Shown here: one piece after another, positions 48,534 through 62,090 of the stretch
Layout of the letters: every line of letters begins with the position of its first letter
Position numbering within the stretch: the stretch's first letter is position 1
NCBI GenBank assembly: GCA_038087875.1
Contig: JAXLNO010000438.1
Location: forward strand, 124,001-188,000
Reading direction: 5' to 3'
DNA length: 64,000 bases
Origin: Malacoraja senta
Lineage: Eukaryota
Made by a program: the position numbers and the translations under genes
The notes under the pieces: generated by a model
The model's input: only the letters and a program-made list of their open reading frames with translations
What the model was told of the DNA's origin: nothing
Databases searched by the model: none

Positions 48534-51359
48534 AAAATCCCTTTGTTACTGCCACACAAATTTAACATTATCAAATACAATAATGTTTCCTTTCCATGTT
48601 TTAAGAAACTATAAAATTGCTCCTTCATAAACAATCATTTAGCTATTTTATTGTAATTGACAGTGTTAATGATGTAATTGCACACTTTGCAAGCATACAT
48701 GGTAGTTATTTGCTCGCCTTCAATTAGCACATTGTGCAGATTAGTGCATTGTGCCTAGTCGTCATTATTTAATGCAGCGCTCTCCAGTTCTACAGTGGTG
48801 GTTAATAGATCGCTCCCCAATATATTGCAGGATATAAACAGCATAATTGGAGTTTCATTTTAACATAATGATTCGCAAACCATTCTGTGATTCTGACCAT
48901 TATACAGAACTAAGTAGTTAATTGGAAATGAAAACAAACTGCAAGAAATGCTCAGCAGGTCAGGCATATAAATGAATTAGTGCTTTAGGTCAATGACCTT
49001 TCATCAGAACATATAATTAGATGTCATGCTATATGGCTTAAGCTTCAGTGCACTGGTTTTCTCCTGGCTTTTCCCAGTTACTTCTATTTTATCATAATAA
49101 TGTTGTGTGCTTTATGAAATAATTTTCTTCCTTCAAATGGCATTTAATAACACACGACCCGTCCCCTTGAGATGTCCTGAGATGGTCAGTATTGCTCACA
49201 TCCCATTATTTTATTTTATTGTCTGCAAATAAATCAATTTTGCCTTCCACATAGAAGCACAGTAGGGAATTTTCTTAAGCGAGCTGGTTCTGTTTCACTA
49301 TACAGTGTTCAGGCACTCAAAGGTATATGGGAAAATATATATATTTTTTAACTTTCATTTGGTGCATTGCATTTTTGCTAAACAAAAAGTGGTGTCCAAT
49401 TTAATTCTTCCACATTTCCTGAAGTGCTCTGACTATGGAAATATGTGAGACATTTAAAAACAAGAACAAATAAAAACATTGTTGAGCAAATTATGGAAAC
49501 AAATTGGTCGGCAAATCATCCATAAATGTTTAATTTACAAATTGTGCAGCAGCTCTCTGGATATGCAAACCTTCATAATGATTTTACCTCAAACAGCACT
49601 GTGCATATGAATTAAACCGATAAACTCATAATGGCTCAGGTTGTGTATTCTTACAATTATTCATCTTTTTGACAACACAAAACATTGTATTCAAGACCAG
49701 GACTACTGTAATTAAACTTTATGTTAAAAAAAAATCGACACTTTAACATTAACAGTGGACTCTACATTCTTGATAAATTGATTCTTGGATTATATTGGAT
49801 AGGAAGGGTTATGATAATAATAAGAGTATTGCACAAATATAATAACATTATACAAACGGAGAAATTAATCAACGATGATCCATTTGTTCAATCATATTGA
49901 CCCTGTTTTTTATCCATTTTAAGATTGAAATGTGGCACTAATGCGATAACTTGTATTGCACATAATACCCAATGAGAATATTAATCACACATATATGCCT
50001 TGTATACAGAGCATACAGGAGTGATTTCAATTGTTTTCCAATACACAACTGGCATCTCTTCTCCAATATGTAATTAACAGAGCATATATAAAATCGGGTC
50101 AGAACGGCCCTCATCTGTGCCATTTAAAAGAACCATCACCTATTTGAAGCTTCATTAATGATCACTTGTAACCTGCTCTTTAGGCTCATTGAAGGTTAGA
50201 TTTGCAACATATCTGTAGGTATAAAAGCATTTAGGGTGAGGCCACATTTTGTCTTAAAACAATGAAAAGTTTAGTTGAGGTTGTACTGGGCTTCCTGCAA
50301 GCCAAAAGCATTGCCTCCCTCAGAGGAGACTCCAAGAAGCTGGAAGCCCTGAGCAGGATTGCCTGAAACCCAAGAGCATTACAAACACCATGCTGCTACC
50401 TTGGACCTGTCAACAGTGCATGCAGGCAGAGATTAAGATTTTCAAAATTAATGATGAGGCAGCAATACATCCATGAATGTCACTGTCACCCTGACACTCT
50501 TAGCCATTATATTTTGCTAGCTGACAGCATCTGATACATGCATGTCTCTCAAATTGTAACCACTGCTGCAGATTGGATGCCATAGATGCTCTGTGCTCAA
50601 GGAGAATTCATTCCCTACTTAGGAAGAGGAAGGTACTATGCAGCATAGGCACAGAGATTCAACTGACTACAGATGGATCATGTGCAGGCAGATTTGATTA
50701 GTTTATCTTAGCTTTATGCTCAACACAGACATTGCGGGCCAAAGTGCCTGTTCCTGTGCTGTGCTTTTCTATGATCAATGCCATTCTCAGTCTTTCATTA
50801 TGAAACTGCTAACATGTCAGGTCTAGGTCCTTTGAAATGGGAAAGAGAGCAAACTAGTTTTCAGTAGCAGCGAAAGAAGAGGATGAGTAGAACAATGGGA
50901 GTATTGACAATAGGATGAGATCTCAATTATCATTCTCTCTTTCTGACTGTATCAAAACAGGCCATTTCTGCCAAAAAAAAGTGTCTCAACCCAAAAGATC
51001 ACCCATTCCTTCTCTCCAGAGATGCTGTCTGTCCCGCTGAGTTACTCCAGCTTTTTGTGTCTATCTGCAGTTCCTTCTGACCCATTTCTGCCTCTGCCTC
51101 TTATCATTTTGGCTCGTTTCCTTTTCCTATTTGTATAGACTGGCCTGCCAGGCACGTCGTGATGCAGAAAGACATTACACTGACCAAAACACAGTATTAC
51201 AACAACACATCTTAGCTGCTTTGCTACTTCTACAGTTCCAATTTTTCACTTGGCCATTTCACATTCTCTAGCAAGAGAGGGACAAGTATTACTAAGTGAG
51301 CTGCAAGGAGTATATGTAATATACCTGCCATTATCAATCTCCAGTTAGCTTGACATAAG

Positions 51360-52610
51360 TTGCAGAGAAAATGCTGAAGCCTATTATTAAGGCAACAGTA
51401 ATAGGGTACTTAGAAAATAATAATAGGGCTGGGCAGAATCAACATGGATTTATGAAAATAAAATTATGTGGAGCAAATCTGTTGAGTTTAAGGTTGTAAT
51501 TAGCAGAATAAAGAAGGGCAAACCAGTTTAATTGCACAGATTTCTGTGAGGCACCACATGGTAATGATGATAATATACTGGTATGGACTGAGGATTCATT
51601 CAAGTTCTAGAAATAAAAAACTGGCATAAATGAGTTATTTTTTGAGATGAGAGGATGCAACTAGTGAGCTACTGCAGGACCCACATCTACTCATGATTTA
51701 TATGTGAATGAGGCATAAAGACCAATATAACTAAGCTTGTTGATGCTGCAAGGCAGCAGTGTGTACTGTAAAGAAGAATACAGAAAAGCTACAAGAGAAT
51801 AAAGGGAGATTAAGTGAATGTACAAGAACATTGCAGATGGAAAGCTGTAAGATCATACATTGCTGTAGAGAAAATAGACACACAGTTCAGTTTTTAAACA
51901 ATTAATGAATGAATACTATTGCATTTGGAAATACCTTGCTGTTCTTGTACACAAATCATTGAAAGTTAATGTAGATGCAGGAAGCAAAAGGGAAAGTCAA
52001 CAGTTTAATGACCTTCATTGGAAAAACATTTCAGTACAAGACCACATATGTCTTGTCCCAAATATATATGGTCCTAATGAGATCCCACCTGGAATATTGT
52101 GCCTCAGTCTGCCCTTCCTCTCCAAGAAAGGAAGTATTTCTAACTGAGCACAATGATGATTCACCAGGTTGAATCTGGGAATTAACAGATTTATTGCAAG
52201 AGGAGAGATTAACCAGACTGGATCTTGACTCTCTTGAGATTAGAATAGCAAAAAGCTGAAAAAATACAACATTCTTACAGGGCTTGGCAGGGTGGATACA
52301 AGTTGAGCTGTTGCTTAATTACAATGTGAAGAACGAGGAGGGGTACAGATTCCAGATAAGGGTATTCAAGGATCGAGAAGAGAAGTAGTATTTTCAATTT
52401 CAGGGTACAGTTTCTTTCGGAAAGTACAAAAGAAAAAGCTGTGGAATCACAGATGTTGAGCAAGACATTGATTGGCTTTTGAATGGTAAGATATTCAAGA
52501 AATGTGGAGTCAATGCAGGAAACTGTGGCTGAATAAAAGTTCAGCCATGACCCCATTGATAACAGAACATACGAGGGTTTGAATCACTTTTGTGCTTCTA
52601 TTTTTTTTTG
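51360..52610 (+). mobile_element. Old, degenerate CR1 LINE fragment
   Basis: Remnants of QHGFMK, LMRSHLEYCASV and a CR1 3' UTR (cagccatgac...). Confidence 0.65.
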
Positions 52611-52944
52611 TCATGATCTAATGACTGATCACCTGCATAAAGTGCAAGATATATGTCTGGGCAAAGAATTGGTGTTAAGATTGATTGTGAATATACACAT
52701 TCTCACAGGTAGGACTTTCTACAGTTTCTACAAGTTTTGCTCAGGTGTGCTGAGGTCCCCAAACTTTATCTTGCGTTGAGATCACGTCCTTGAGGCATAA
52801 TTTCACATTTTTTTATTTCTCCAGCAACTTCCTCTCACTGTTCTTCCATTACATTCCTGGTGCCATCCTGGGAATTTCCCAAATCACCTTCACTGATCAT
52901 CCCCAAGCATCCTAGACAGCTCCCCTGGTGTCCAATTATTCAAT

Positions 52945-53495
52945 TGGATTACTGTCCAGTGGCTCTGATATCCACGATCATGCAGTGCTTTGAGAAGCCG
53001 GTCTTGGCGCACTTTAACTTCAGGGACCCAGACAGCCTTGATCCACTGTAGTTTACCCATCACTGCAACAGGATCATGGCAGATGCCATCTCCCTGGCCC
53101 TAACATTGGAATATCTGTGTAATAAGGACACGTACTTCAGAACCCCATTTATAGATCACATCTTCACCTCCAACATCTCCAAGCTCCTAGACCTAGGAGT
53201 CAGCACCCCCCTCTGCAACTGGATCCTCGACTTCCTGACCCATAAACCACAATTGGTTGCACTCATAACAATGCGGGAAAATTCGGCACAAATTCAATTT
53301 ACAAGTTTGCAGATGACACCTCGCTAGAGGGCTGGATCTTGAACAATAAAGAGACAAAGTACAAGGAATTACTCCAATCGCACTTAACAAATTCTACAGA
53401 TGTACCCGAAAGAGTCGTGAAAAAGTCCTACAGCTTTGTTTGACAACAGCTCTGCTCAAAATCGCAAGAAATTACAGAGAGTTGTAGATATAGCT
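52945..53495 (+). mobile_element. Rex1/Babar LINE fragment
   Basis: DYCPVALISTIMQCFEK, ADAISLAL, KLLDLGVSTPLCNWILDFLTHKPQ, KFADDT-like remnants. Confidence 0.75.
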
Positions 53496-54319
53496 CCCCC
53501 CCCCCCCCCTCCCCTCCCTCCCTTGCCCCCATGTGACTCTTGAAATTGTTTGCATCTATTGCAGGTACACAAGTAAAAACGCCACCCTGATCATCCAAGT
53601 CCTAGCTCAAAGTGGACAGAGGGAAATTGCATGTTTATGACACCAGAATAAACTCCTGCGGGTTCCTCCCTGCAGAGCAATTTAAACATTTTGAACTGCA
53701 AATTTCCAGTCCTTTATACATTTAATTAAAGAACAGTGCATAAACAATTATATTTGTTTCAGCATATTAAGAAAAGAATCACAAATGCTGGAAAAAATGA
53801 AACCAAAGCAGGACATGAAGCATCTCAATGTAAACTTGGTTAATTCCCACACTGCTATATAATTGGGTTACTGTGCAACCTAAAAAGCAGGAAACATTGG
53901 GCACTGAGAAGTAATGATGTTGATTTAAAGAAAATAATTGGAGCTCAGAAAATTTTGGTTATAATCTATTTTCCTCAGTGCTGTTGAAATAACAGGATCT
54001 CCACTGGGTTTGCACACTAAGTGAATGCATTACCTCATTTCAAGGACCACCAAATCCTATCCTGTTCAGCTGTCCAGCACAGCTTTGAGCAATGACTGTT
54101 TCAAAGTCTCTAATGCAAACCGTCAGATAGATCAGTGAATCACTGTGTAGGGCTCATCCTCAACATGATTCACAGGCATGCAAAGTCTTGGCAATGCAAC
54201 CTTCTTTAAACAAATATGAAAAAAATTGAGATCAGATGTGCATGCTTCCCAGATTATTTCAGGTGGTCTAGTGACAAAAATCAGAAAAGCTTCCTCTCTC
54301 TGGATACTGCCCAGTATAC

Positions 54320-54740
54320 ACCCTTACTAATCAAGAATCTATCAATCTCCGCCTTAAAAATATCTAATGACTTGGTCTCCACAGCTGTCTGTGGCAATGA
54401 ATTCCAAATATTCACCAACCTCTGACATGAAAATTCCTCCTCATCTCCTTTCTAAAGGTATGTCCTTTTCTTCTGAGGCTAAGGCCTCCGGTCCTAGACT
54501 CTCCCACTAGTGGAAAAATCCTCTCCACATTCACTCAATCCAGGTCTTTCACTATTCAGTAAGTTTCAATGAGGTCCCCCCTTATTCTTCTAAACCACGA
54601 GTACAGGCCCAGTGTCTTCAAATGCTCATCATATGTTAGCCCAATCATTCCTAGGATCATTCTGGTAAACCTCCTCCAGACCCGTCTCCAACACCAGCAC
54701 ATCCTTCCTTGGATATGGGGCCCAAAACTGCTCACACTCA
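54320..54740 (-). mobile_element. CR1 fragment
   Basis: RRFTRMILGMIGLTYDEHLKTLGLYSWFRRIRGDLIETY. Confidence 0.8.
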
Positions 54741-55736
54741 TTATGAAGGGAGAAACATCACCAAACTGCCATAAGACAAATAAACAAATACATTTAAGAT
54801 AGACACAGTGCTGGAGAAACTCAGTGGGTCAGGCACCAGCTGGGGAGAAAAAGGACGGGTGATGTTTCGGGTCAGCACCCTTCTTGTTACAAAGAGGTGT
54901 TTGGTTAAAGGAAAGATATTGCCAAAAAAAATAGCATAGGAACTTCTTAGCCCATCTTCACATTTGATCATGGGATTTATTTTTATTCCTACCCAAAGGA
55001 GCAGAAAGTTAAAGGTTTTAGATTCTCCTGAAATCCTTCACTTCAAACAGTGGAGACATAAGAAACTGCAAGTGCTGGAATCCAGAGTGAAAATAAAATA
55101 AAGTGCAGGAGAAGCTCAGTGCGTTTGGCAGTATCTGCAGAGGGAATGGACAGACGATGTTTCAGACTGAGACGGGTCCCAACTGGAAAGGTTATTTGCC
55201 CCTCACTGCACAGATGCTGCGTGACCTACCAAGTTCCTCCAGCACTTTATTTTTTAAACCTCCAACAGTGTTGTGTACCCCAAGTAAAGCACTGAAATGT
55301 CAGACAAGGACTGGGTCTTGAACTATGATTTTTTTCTGTCTCTGGAGTAACGATGCTATCACTTTGCCAAGGTTGGCTGGAGCCACAATTTAAAAAATCT
55401 GCTTATATGAACCTAACTTAATCTGCAAATATAAAATATTCTGAAGCATTGGTTGTGGCTGATTTATTAAAGCAACTTAAATCCCTGAGGATAATGCAAC
55501 ACATTGCACCAAAAATCTGGACAAAATGTTCTCACTGAGTGTTGACAATTTTAAAATAAATGCAGCTGACATCTTAGGAAATGTGAAGAAAAAAAAACAC
55601 ACCCTTTGTCCTATATATCTCAATTATTTCCAGATTTTCACTCCATGGTTATTCGAAATGCTTTACAAAGTAGAGAAATACTTGCAACAAAATAGTGCCC
55701 AATAGAACAGAGCAATCTATTTGGATTTGAATAACC

Positions 55737-57217
55737 GTAGGCCCCCCTCGGTCATGACTGACCATGGGTGATGCATCCTAGTTGTTGGCTGCTTGCTCCA
55801 AACCTCGGCTGGAGCAGCGCCGCTTGTGGCTGAAGACACCAATGCGGGAGTGACAGTCTCTGTGGCAAAGGTCACATGTGTGTGGTGTCTGGTTTGTTGA
55901 AGTTGCTGCGCTCCTTTCTGCATGCCCGCTAGTCTGCCGCTGCGTTTAACAGTTTCTCTTCCCCCGTTTTGAGATGTTGGTTCAGGGTACCTCTCCACCT
56001 TGTGCAGTCAGCTGCAAGGCTCTCCCAGGACTTCACATTGATGTTGTGCGCCTTCATATCTCTCTTGCAGACATCCTTGTAACGTAGCTGGGGGCGGCCG
56101 ATGGTTCTCCTCCCAGATGTCAGCTCTCCATAGAGGATGTCTTTTGGAATTTGGCCATCCTCCATGCGGTGGACATGGCCCAGCCACCGCAGTCTGCGCT
56201 GCCCGAGTAGAGTGTACATACTGGGAAGGCCAGTGGGAGACAGGATCTCGGCGTTGGACACTGTCTTGCCAGGATATGCCCAGGATTCGTCAGTTGCTTC
56301 TCACGTGGAAGGTGTTGAGTCTTCTCTCCTGCCTGGCATATGTAGTCCATGTCTCACTGCTGTATAGCCGCGTGCTAATGACACAGGCATTGTAGACTGC
56401 TATCTTTGTCTTCACTGTCAGCTTTGGGTTGGTCCACACTCGAATTGTGAGACGAGCGAAAGTTGTAGCTGCCTTCCTGATCCTCTTATCAATCTCTGTG
56501 TCCAAGGAAGAGGTTGTCGGTGATGGTGGAGCCGAGGTACGTGAACTGATGGAAGACATCAAGTCCGTAGTCGTCGATGGTGATGACAGGCGGTGCCTCT
56601 GTATCCTGCCCCAAGATGCTCATCTTCTTCAGGCTGATGGTCAGCCCGAAGTCCTTACATGCTCGATAGAAGCGGTCCATCAGTGACTGTAGTTCCTGCT
56701 GGGTGTGGGACACAACTGCGGCGTCGTCGGCAAACAACATGTCTCTGATGAAAGCTTCACATACTTTTGTCCTTGCTCCGAGGCGGGTGAGGTTGAAGAG
56801 CCTGCCATCTGATCTAGTATGCAGGTAGATCCCCTCTGTTGCAGTGCCGAAGGCATGTTTCAGGAGCAGAGCGATGAAAATCCCAAAGAGTGTGGGAGCG
56901 AGGACGCAGCCTTGTTTGACGCCACTGCGGATGTCGAAGGGCTCAGAGAAGCTGCCATTGAACTGCACTGTCCCCTTCGTGTTGATGTGGAAGGATTCTA
57001 TCATGCTCTGCAGTTTTGGTGGGCAGCCGATGTTTGGCAGAGCCTTAAATAGGCCATCTCTGCTGACGAGGTTGAACGCCTTGGTGAGGTCAATGAAAAC
57101 AACAAACAGGGACATCTGCTGTTCTTTGTACTTCTCCTGGAGCTGGCAAAGGTAGACCATGTCTACTGTTGACCTTCCAGCTCGGAAAACACACTGTGAC
57201 TCTGGGTAGACATGTTC
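55737..57217 (-). mobile_element. RTE-clade (BovB/RTE-1-like) LINE, 5'-truncated, frameshifted
   Basis: VFIDLTKAF, GVKQGCVLAPTLF, LFADD, FTYLGS, RRLRWLGHVHRM, ILYGEL...GRPQLRYKDVCKRD; 3' end ccatggtcagtcatgaccga. Confidence 0.9.
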
Positions 57218-57462
57218 TCATGGTGAATAATTATCATTTTTAAAGAAGCATGGCATATATTAAGAGTTAAACTATCTACCTGGGTAGAAATAGGGTGCTT
57301 AGTGATTCCAAATTGTTTACCTTCGTTTTTACTACCAATAATCTTCCGAACTTCGGCTACCCTAAACCAGTGGAACTTATGTCGTGGAACTCAAGAGTCC
57401 ATGATATAGTTTAGCATAAATGAATACTTTGAAATCTTTCAGTTGGTTACAAGTGTCTACAC

Positions 57463-57495
57463 GTGTGTGTGTGTGTGTGTGCGTGCGTGTGTGTG

Positions 57496-57527
<32 letters not shown>

Positions 57528-57570
57528 TGCGTATGTGTGTGTGTATGTAAAATATACACACACACACACA
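57463..57570. repeat. (GT)n/(GCGT)n microsatellite
   Basis: Direct inspection. Confidence 0.9.
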
Positions 57571-57749
57571 ATTTCCCTCCTGGGATTAATAAAGCTCTAT
57601 TGTTTAGTATTGTGTGAGTAGGAAGGAACTGCAGATGCTGGTTTAAACTGAAGATAGACACAAAAAGCTGGAGTAACTCAACAGGTCAGACAGAATCTCT
57701 GGACAAAAGGAAAATATTACGTTTTGGGTTGGGTCTGAAAAAGGTTCCT

Positions 57750-58138
57750 GCACACCTTTGGAATGTTGAAGGAAACAAGAGCACCCGGAGAAAACCCATG
57801 CGATCAAAGGGAAAAGGAGCAAACTCCATACAGACAGCACCCATATACAGGATCAATTCCGGTTGTCTGGCACTTTTAAGGGCCTGTCCCACTTTCACGA
57901 CCTAATTCACGACCTCTGCCGAGTTTGTCCTTGACTCATACTCGCAGCATGGTCGTCACGAGGTCGTAGGAGGTCGTAGGTAGGTAGTGATGCTAGTCGT
58001 AGGTACACGTGGCATCAAGTAGGTCGGGGCATTTTTCTAGCCTGATGAAAAATGTTCACGAGTATAAAAGGTCGTGAATTAGGTCGTGAAAGTGGGACAG
58101 GCCCTTTAGGCAGCAACTTTATGGCCAATGTACTGCCC
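57750..58138 (-). mobile_element. V-SINE (HE1-like) interrupted by a MITE
   Basis: V-domain reverse complement gagcacccggagaaaaccca...caaactccatacagacagcaccc; 5' part resumes after the MITE. Confidence 0.65.
57879..58105. mobile_element. PIF/Harbinger-type MITE, 227 bp
   Basis: Perfect 37-bp TIR agggcctgtcccactttcacgacctaattcacgacct; 3-bp TSD tta at 57876-57878 and 58106-58108. Confidence 0.92.
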
Positions 58139-58286
58139 ATAGTCTTGAACTGAATTAAAACATACAGTAGCTGTAACGGGGGACATAGCGTCACTTAGAG
58201 ATTTAAGACGGAAAATGGATAGTTTCTTTTTTTTTAGTAACCAAAGTTATCAACGTATAATTCTTTGTGTGTTGGAAAACAAAATA

Positions 58287-58516
58287 TAGTGGCACAGCTG
58301 GTGGACTTGCTGCCTCACACGCCAGAGATCTGTGTTCGATCCTGTCCTCGGGCACTGTCTGTGTTGAATTTGCACATTCTCCCTGCAAGCGTGTGGGTTT
58401 CCTCCCACATCCCAAAGACGCATTGGCTTTGTAGGTTAACTTGTCTCTGTAAAATTGCCCCTAATGTGTAGGGAGTGGATGAGGAAAGAGGGATAACAGA
58501 ACTTGTGTGAATGGGT
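58287..58516 (+). mobile_element. V-SINE (HE1-like), 3' end cut by a Penelope insertion
   Basis: tggcacagctgg A box, gttcgatcc B box, V-domain gcgtgtgggtttcctcccacatcccaaagacg. Confidence 0.75.
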
Positions 58517-59601
58517 AGACAAAAATGTTGGAGAAAACTCAGCGGGTGAGGCAGCATCTATGGAGCGAAGGAAATAGGCGACGAGGATGGGGGGGGGGGG
58601 GGATGAAGAAAGGAAGAGGCGGAGGCAGTGGGAGAACTGGGAAGGGGAGGAGAAAAGCAGGGACTTCCTGAATTTGGAGGTCAATGTTCATACCGCTGGG
58701 GTGTAAAACTGCCCTAGCGAAATATGAGGTGCTGCTCCCCCAATTTACGGTGAGCCTCACTCTGGCCATGGAGGAGGCCCAGTACAGAAAGGTCAGATTC
58801 GGAATGGGAGGGGGAGTTGAAGTGCTGAGCCACCGGGAAATCATGTTTGTTATAGCGATCCGAGCGGAGGTGTTGGGCGAAGCGATCGCCAAGCCTACGC
58901 TTGGTCTCACCGATGTAGAGCAGCAGATGCAAATAGATGAGGTTGGAGGAGGTACAGGTGAACCTCTGCCACACCTGGAAAGACTGCTTGGAGTCTTGAA
59001 TGGAGTCAAGGGGGGAGGTAAAGCAACAAGTGTAGCGTTTCCTGCGGTTGCAAGGGAAAGTGCCAGGAGAGGGGGTGGTTTGGGTTGGGAAGGGACGAAT
59101 TGACCAGGGAGTTAAGGAGGGAGCGGTCTCTGCAGAAAGCCGACAGGGGAGGAGATGGGAAGATGTGGCCAGTGGTGGGATCCCGTTGGTAGACAAAAAA
59201 AGCTGGAGAAAATCAGCAGGTGAGGCAGACGACGTTTGGGTGGAGACCCTTCATCAGACTGATATCGGGGGGGGGGCGAGAAAGGAAGAGGCGGAGACAG
59301 TAGGTTGTATGAGAGCTGGGAATGGGAGGCGAAGGAGGGAGAAAGCAAGGACTACCTGAAATTGGAGAAGCCAATGTTCATACCGCTGGGGTGTAAACTA
59401 CCCAAGCGAAATATGAGGTGCTGTTCCACCAATTTGCGGTGGGCCTCACTCTGGCCATGGAGGAGGCCCAGGACAGCAAGGTCAGATTCGGAATGGGACA
59501 GTTAGTTGAAGTGCTGAGCAACCGGGAGATGAGGTTGGTTATTGCGAACTGAGTGGAGGTGTTGTGCAAATCGATCGCCAAGCCTGCGCTTGGTCTCACC
59601 A
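58517..59601 (-). mobile_element. Partial tandem Penelope-like element (two GIY-YIG tails)
   Basis: GTFPCNRRKRYTC...FTCTSSNLIY...YIGETKRRLGDRFAQH...VAQHFNS...KLGEQHLIFR; second copy of the same tail at 59190-59601. Confidence 0.88.
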
Positions 59602-59604
59602 AGT

Positions 59605-59984
59605 TTGATTATACGCTGATTAATCCAACCACATTTTTGTTTGGAAGTGGAAAGAAATAATAGAAATTGCATTAATTGAAACGTGTAAAAAGAGTTGAGA
59701 TATTGTACATAGTGTATTATAATTTTGCTGCATGTCATTGTGGTATGTGGCATGTTTGATTGGTGAATACGTTTAGTTTGTGACTTTATTTGAAGCAGAA
59801 ATAATATGTGAATGCTTCATTGAGCATAATTCCGACTGGTAACTACGCACTTCTTCCGAGCAGATTATTGCACACGTCATGCAAGCCGTCTTAAATTACC
59901 ACCTAAACTGTCATTTGGCAACCTAAAAAAGCTGCCTAGTTTGCCCGGCTGGAAACAGAGAAAAAAAGTTAAGTGAGAGCCCTG
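59605..59984 (-). mobile_element. Truncated second copy of the CAGGGC(TC) DNA transposon left end
   Basis: Reverse complement of about 33646-34012; ends ...aagtgagagccctg. Confidence 0.85.
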
Positions 59985-61690
59985 TTACTTGGCCACAGCT
60001 TTGATGTGGCTGGTCCAGGATAAATTGCTGATTTTATTGTGTATAGCATTGTCAATATGGGACCTGAGAAGGCATTTGATAACATTCCTCAGAATAGACT
60101 AATGGTTTAAATGGAATCTGGTGAAGAAAGAAAATGATTGAACCCACTCGGAAATAAGTCAAGCAATAGGATTCAAAGAGTAGAGATAACAGATATATAT
60201 ATATATACTCAAACAGGGAAGATTCTAACATCCCTTATCCCACAAGAATCTGTGTAACAAATGCAATTACTCATTATGTTTCTAAATGATTTAGCTGGTC
60301 AGATCGCCAACTTTGTCAATGATAAAGGAGAAGACACAGTAACCAGTTCAAATAGAGGCATTAATTTGCAAACTGGCATCAACAAATTAGATGCTGCCTC
60401 TCCCGTTGAGTTTCTCCAGCATTTTTGTCTACCTTCAACAAATTAAGTAAATGGCTAGACTGTTGATTTCATTATCAACAAGAATAAGGATATCCTTCAC
60501 TAGATCTCAAGAAAGAATAAATAGTGAAAACTTAAAAACAATTAAAGTTAAAGAAAAGAGGGATCTTACAATATAGATCAATAAAACTCCATGGATAGAT
60601 ACAAAAGGTAATCACATAGGCAAATAAAATATTGGTCTTTATCTTCAAGGGAATTCTGGGGAATACAAGTGCTGCTTTAACCACACAAAACTTTGCATAG
60701 ATCCTACTTCACCTCAGGAAAGATATCTTGGGCATGGAGAACTTACCAGAATGGCTACTGAACTCCATGTGTAAAAGAAGAAATTATGTAAACTAGGTTT
60801 AGGTTTAGTATTGTCACTGTGTACCAAGGTGCAGGGAAATGACAATTAGATCAGGTAACACTATCCTTAAATATAAACAAGCCAAACTCAAGTACAATAG
60901 GTAGAGCAAAGGGGAAGATATAGAGTGCAGAATATAGTTCTCAGCATTGTAGCTCATCACATCCATAGACTATGATTGCATTCCCTGGATTTCAGGTTCT
61001 TAAAATGGTACTGTAGCGAACTAATTATAGGGGGAAAAAGACTATTCCTCTTAGGAATCAGTGAAGCCAGGAAATATTTCAATATGGGGAGGACGGTAGA
61101 AATTTAGAACTCTTGCCCACAAATGTCAATGGATACTAAATTACTTGTTAACTTTTTAACTCCGTCTGGCAAAAGCAAATACCAAACAAAGTAAATAGAG
61201 GGAAAAAGCTGATATACGGACTGAAGGGATTGATTAGCTGATGTCTCATTGAATGGTAGAAGGCACTCAAGAGTTTAAACAATCAGCCCCTTCCTTATAT
61301 CAAATAAATCTGGAAAAGAGGAAGATCAAATAAGCAAAAGATGCACTGCATTGAGTCTTCTGAAAGCATTCTTCTTTAACATTACACTGAAGTGCCAGGT
61401 CACAAAACTGGTGAGATGCAGTTAAACTTCAGAACACTTGGGTTAAGGAGGGAGGTAGGCAGAGGAAGAAATTGTGGGTAGTATTGCTGATCCCAATCAA
61501 GTTCTAATGACATCTGATGGAAAGTACACTCACATCTTTCTCTGACAAGGAGCAGATTGAGCTCTAATGCCACCAATAATCACGTGGCACAATGAATGTC
61601 AGCTTGGGTCGCCACAATTGGAGGATACGCCTGCAAATGTTACCCAGTTATAAAGAGCCAGCACTTTGAGTGATACTCCAGCACTTTGTG

Positions 61691-62090
61691 TTCAATTCAA
61701 TTCAATTCAATTCAATTTATTTGTCTTTTGGACAAATTTGTCATTTGGACCCCTTGAGGTCCAAACGAAATGTCGTTTCTGCAGCCATACAATACAAAAC
61801 GAAGAAGACCCGAGACACAACACAATTTACACATACATCCATCACAACGCTGTGATGGAAGGCAAAAAAAAACGTATCTCTCCACTGCACTCCCCCCCCC
61901 CCCCCCCGATGTCAGAGTCAAAGTCAAAGCCCCCGGCGGGCGATGGTGATTATCCCCCCCCCCACCCCCACCCCCCCACACACATACCCCGACAAAAAAA
62001 ATAATTAAAAACTACATAAAAACGAGACAAAAATAATAAAAAGACAGACGGACTGCAGAGGCCGCTGCAAACGAAAGTCGCGACGCCCAC
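61691..62090 (-). mobile_element. Non-autonomous retroposon with a Rex1-like 3' tail
   Basis: (ttgaa)n tail after atttcgtttggacc...ggtccaaatgacaaa; shares body motifs with 37701-38562. Confidence 0.6.
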
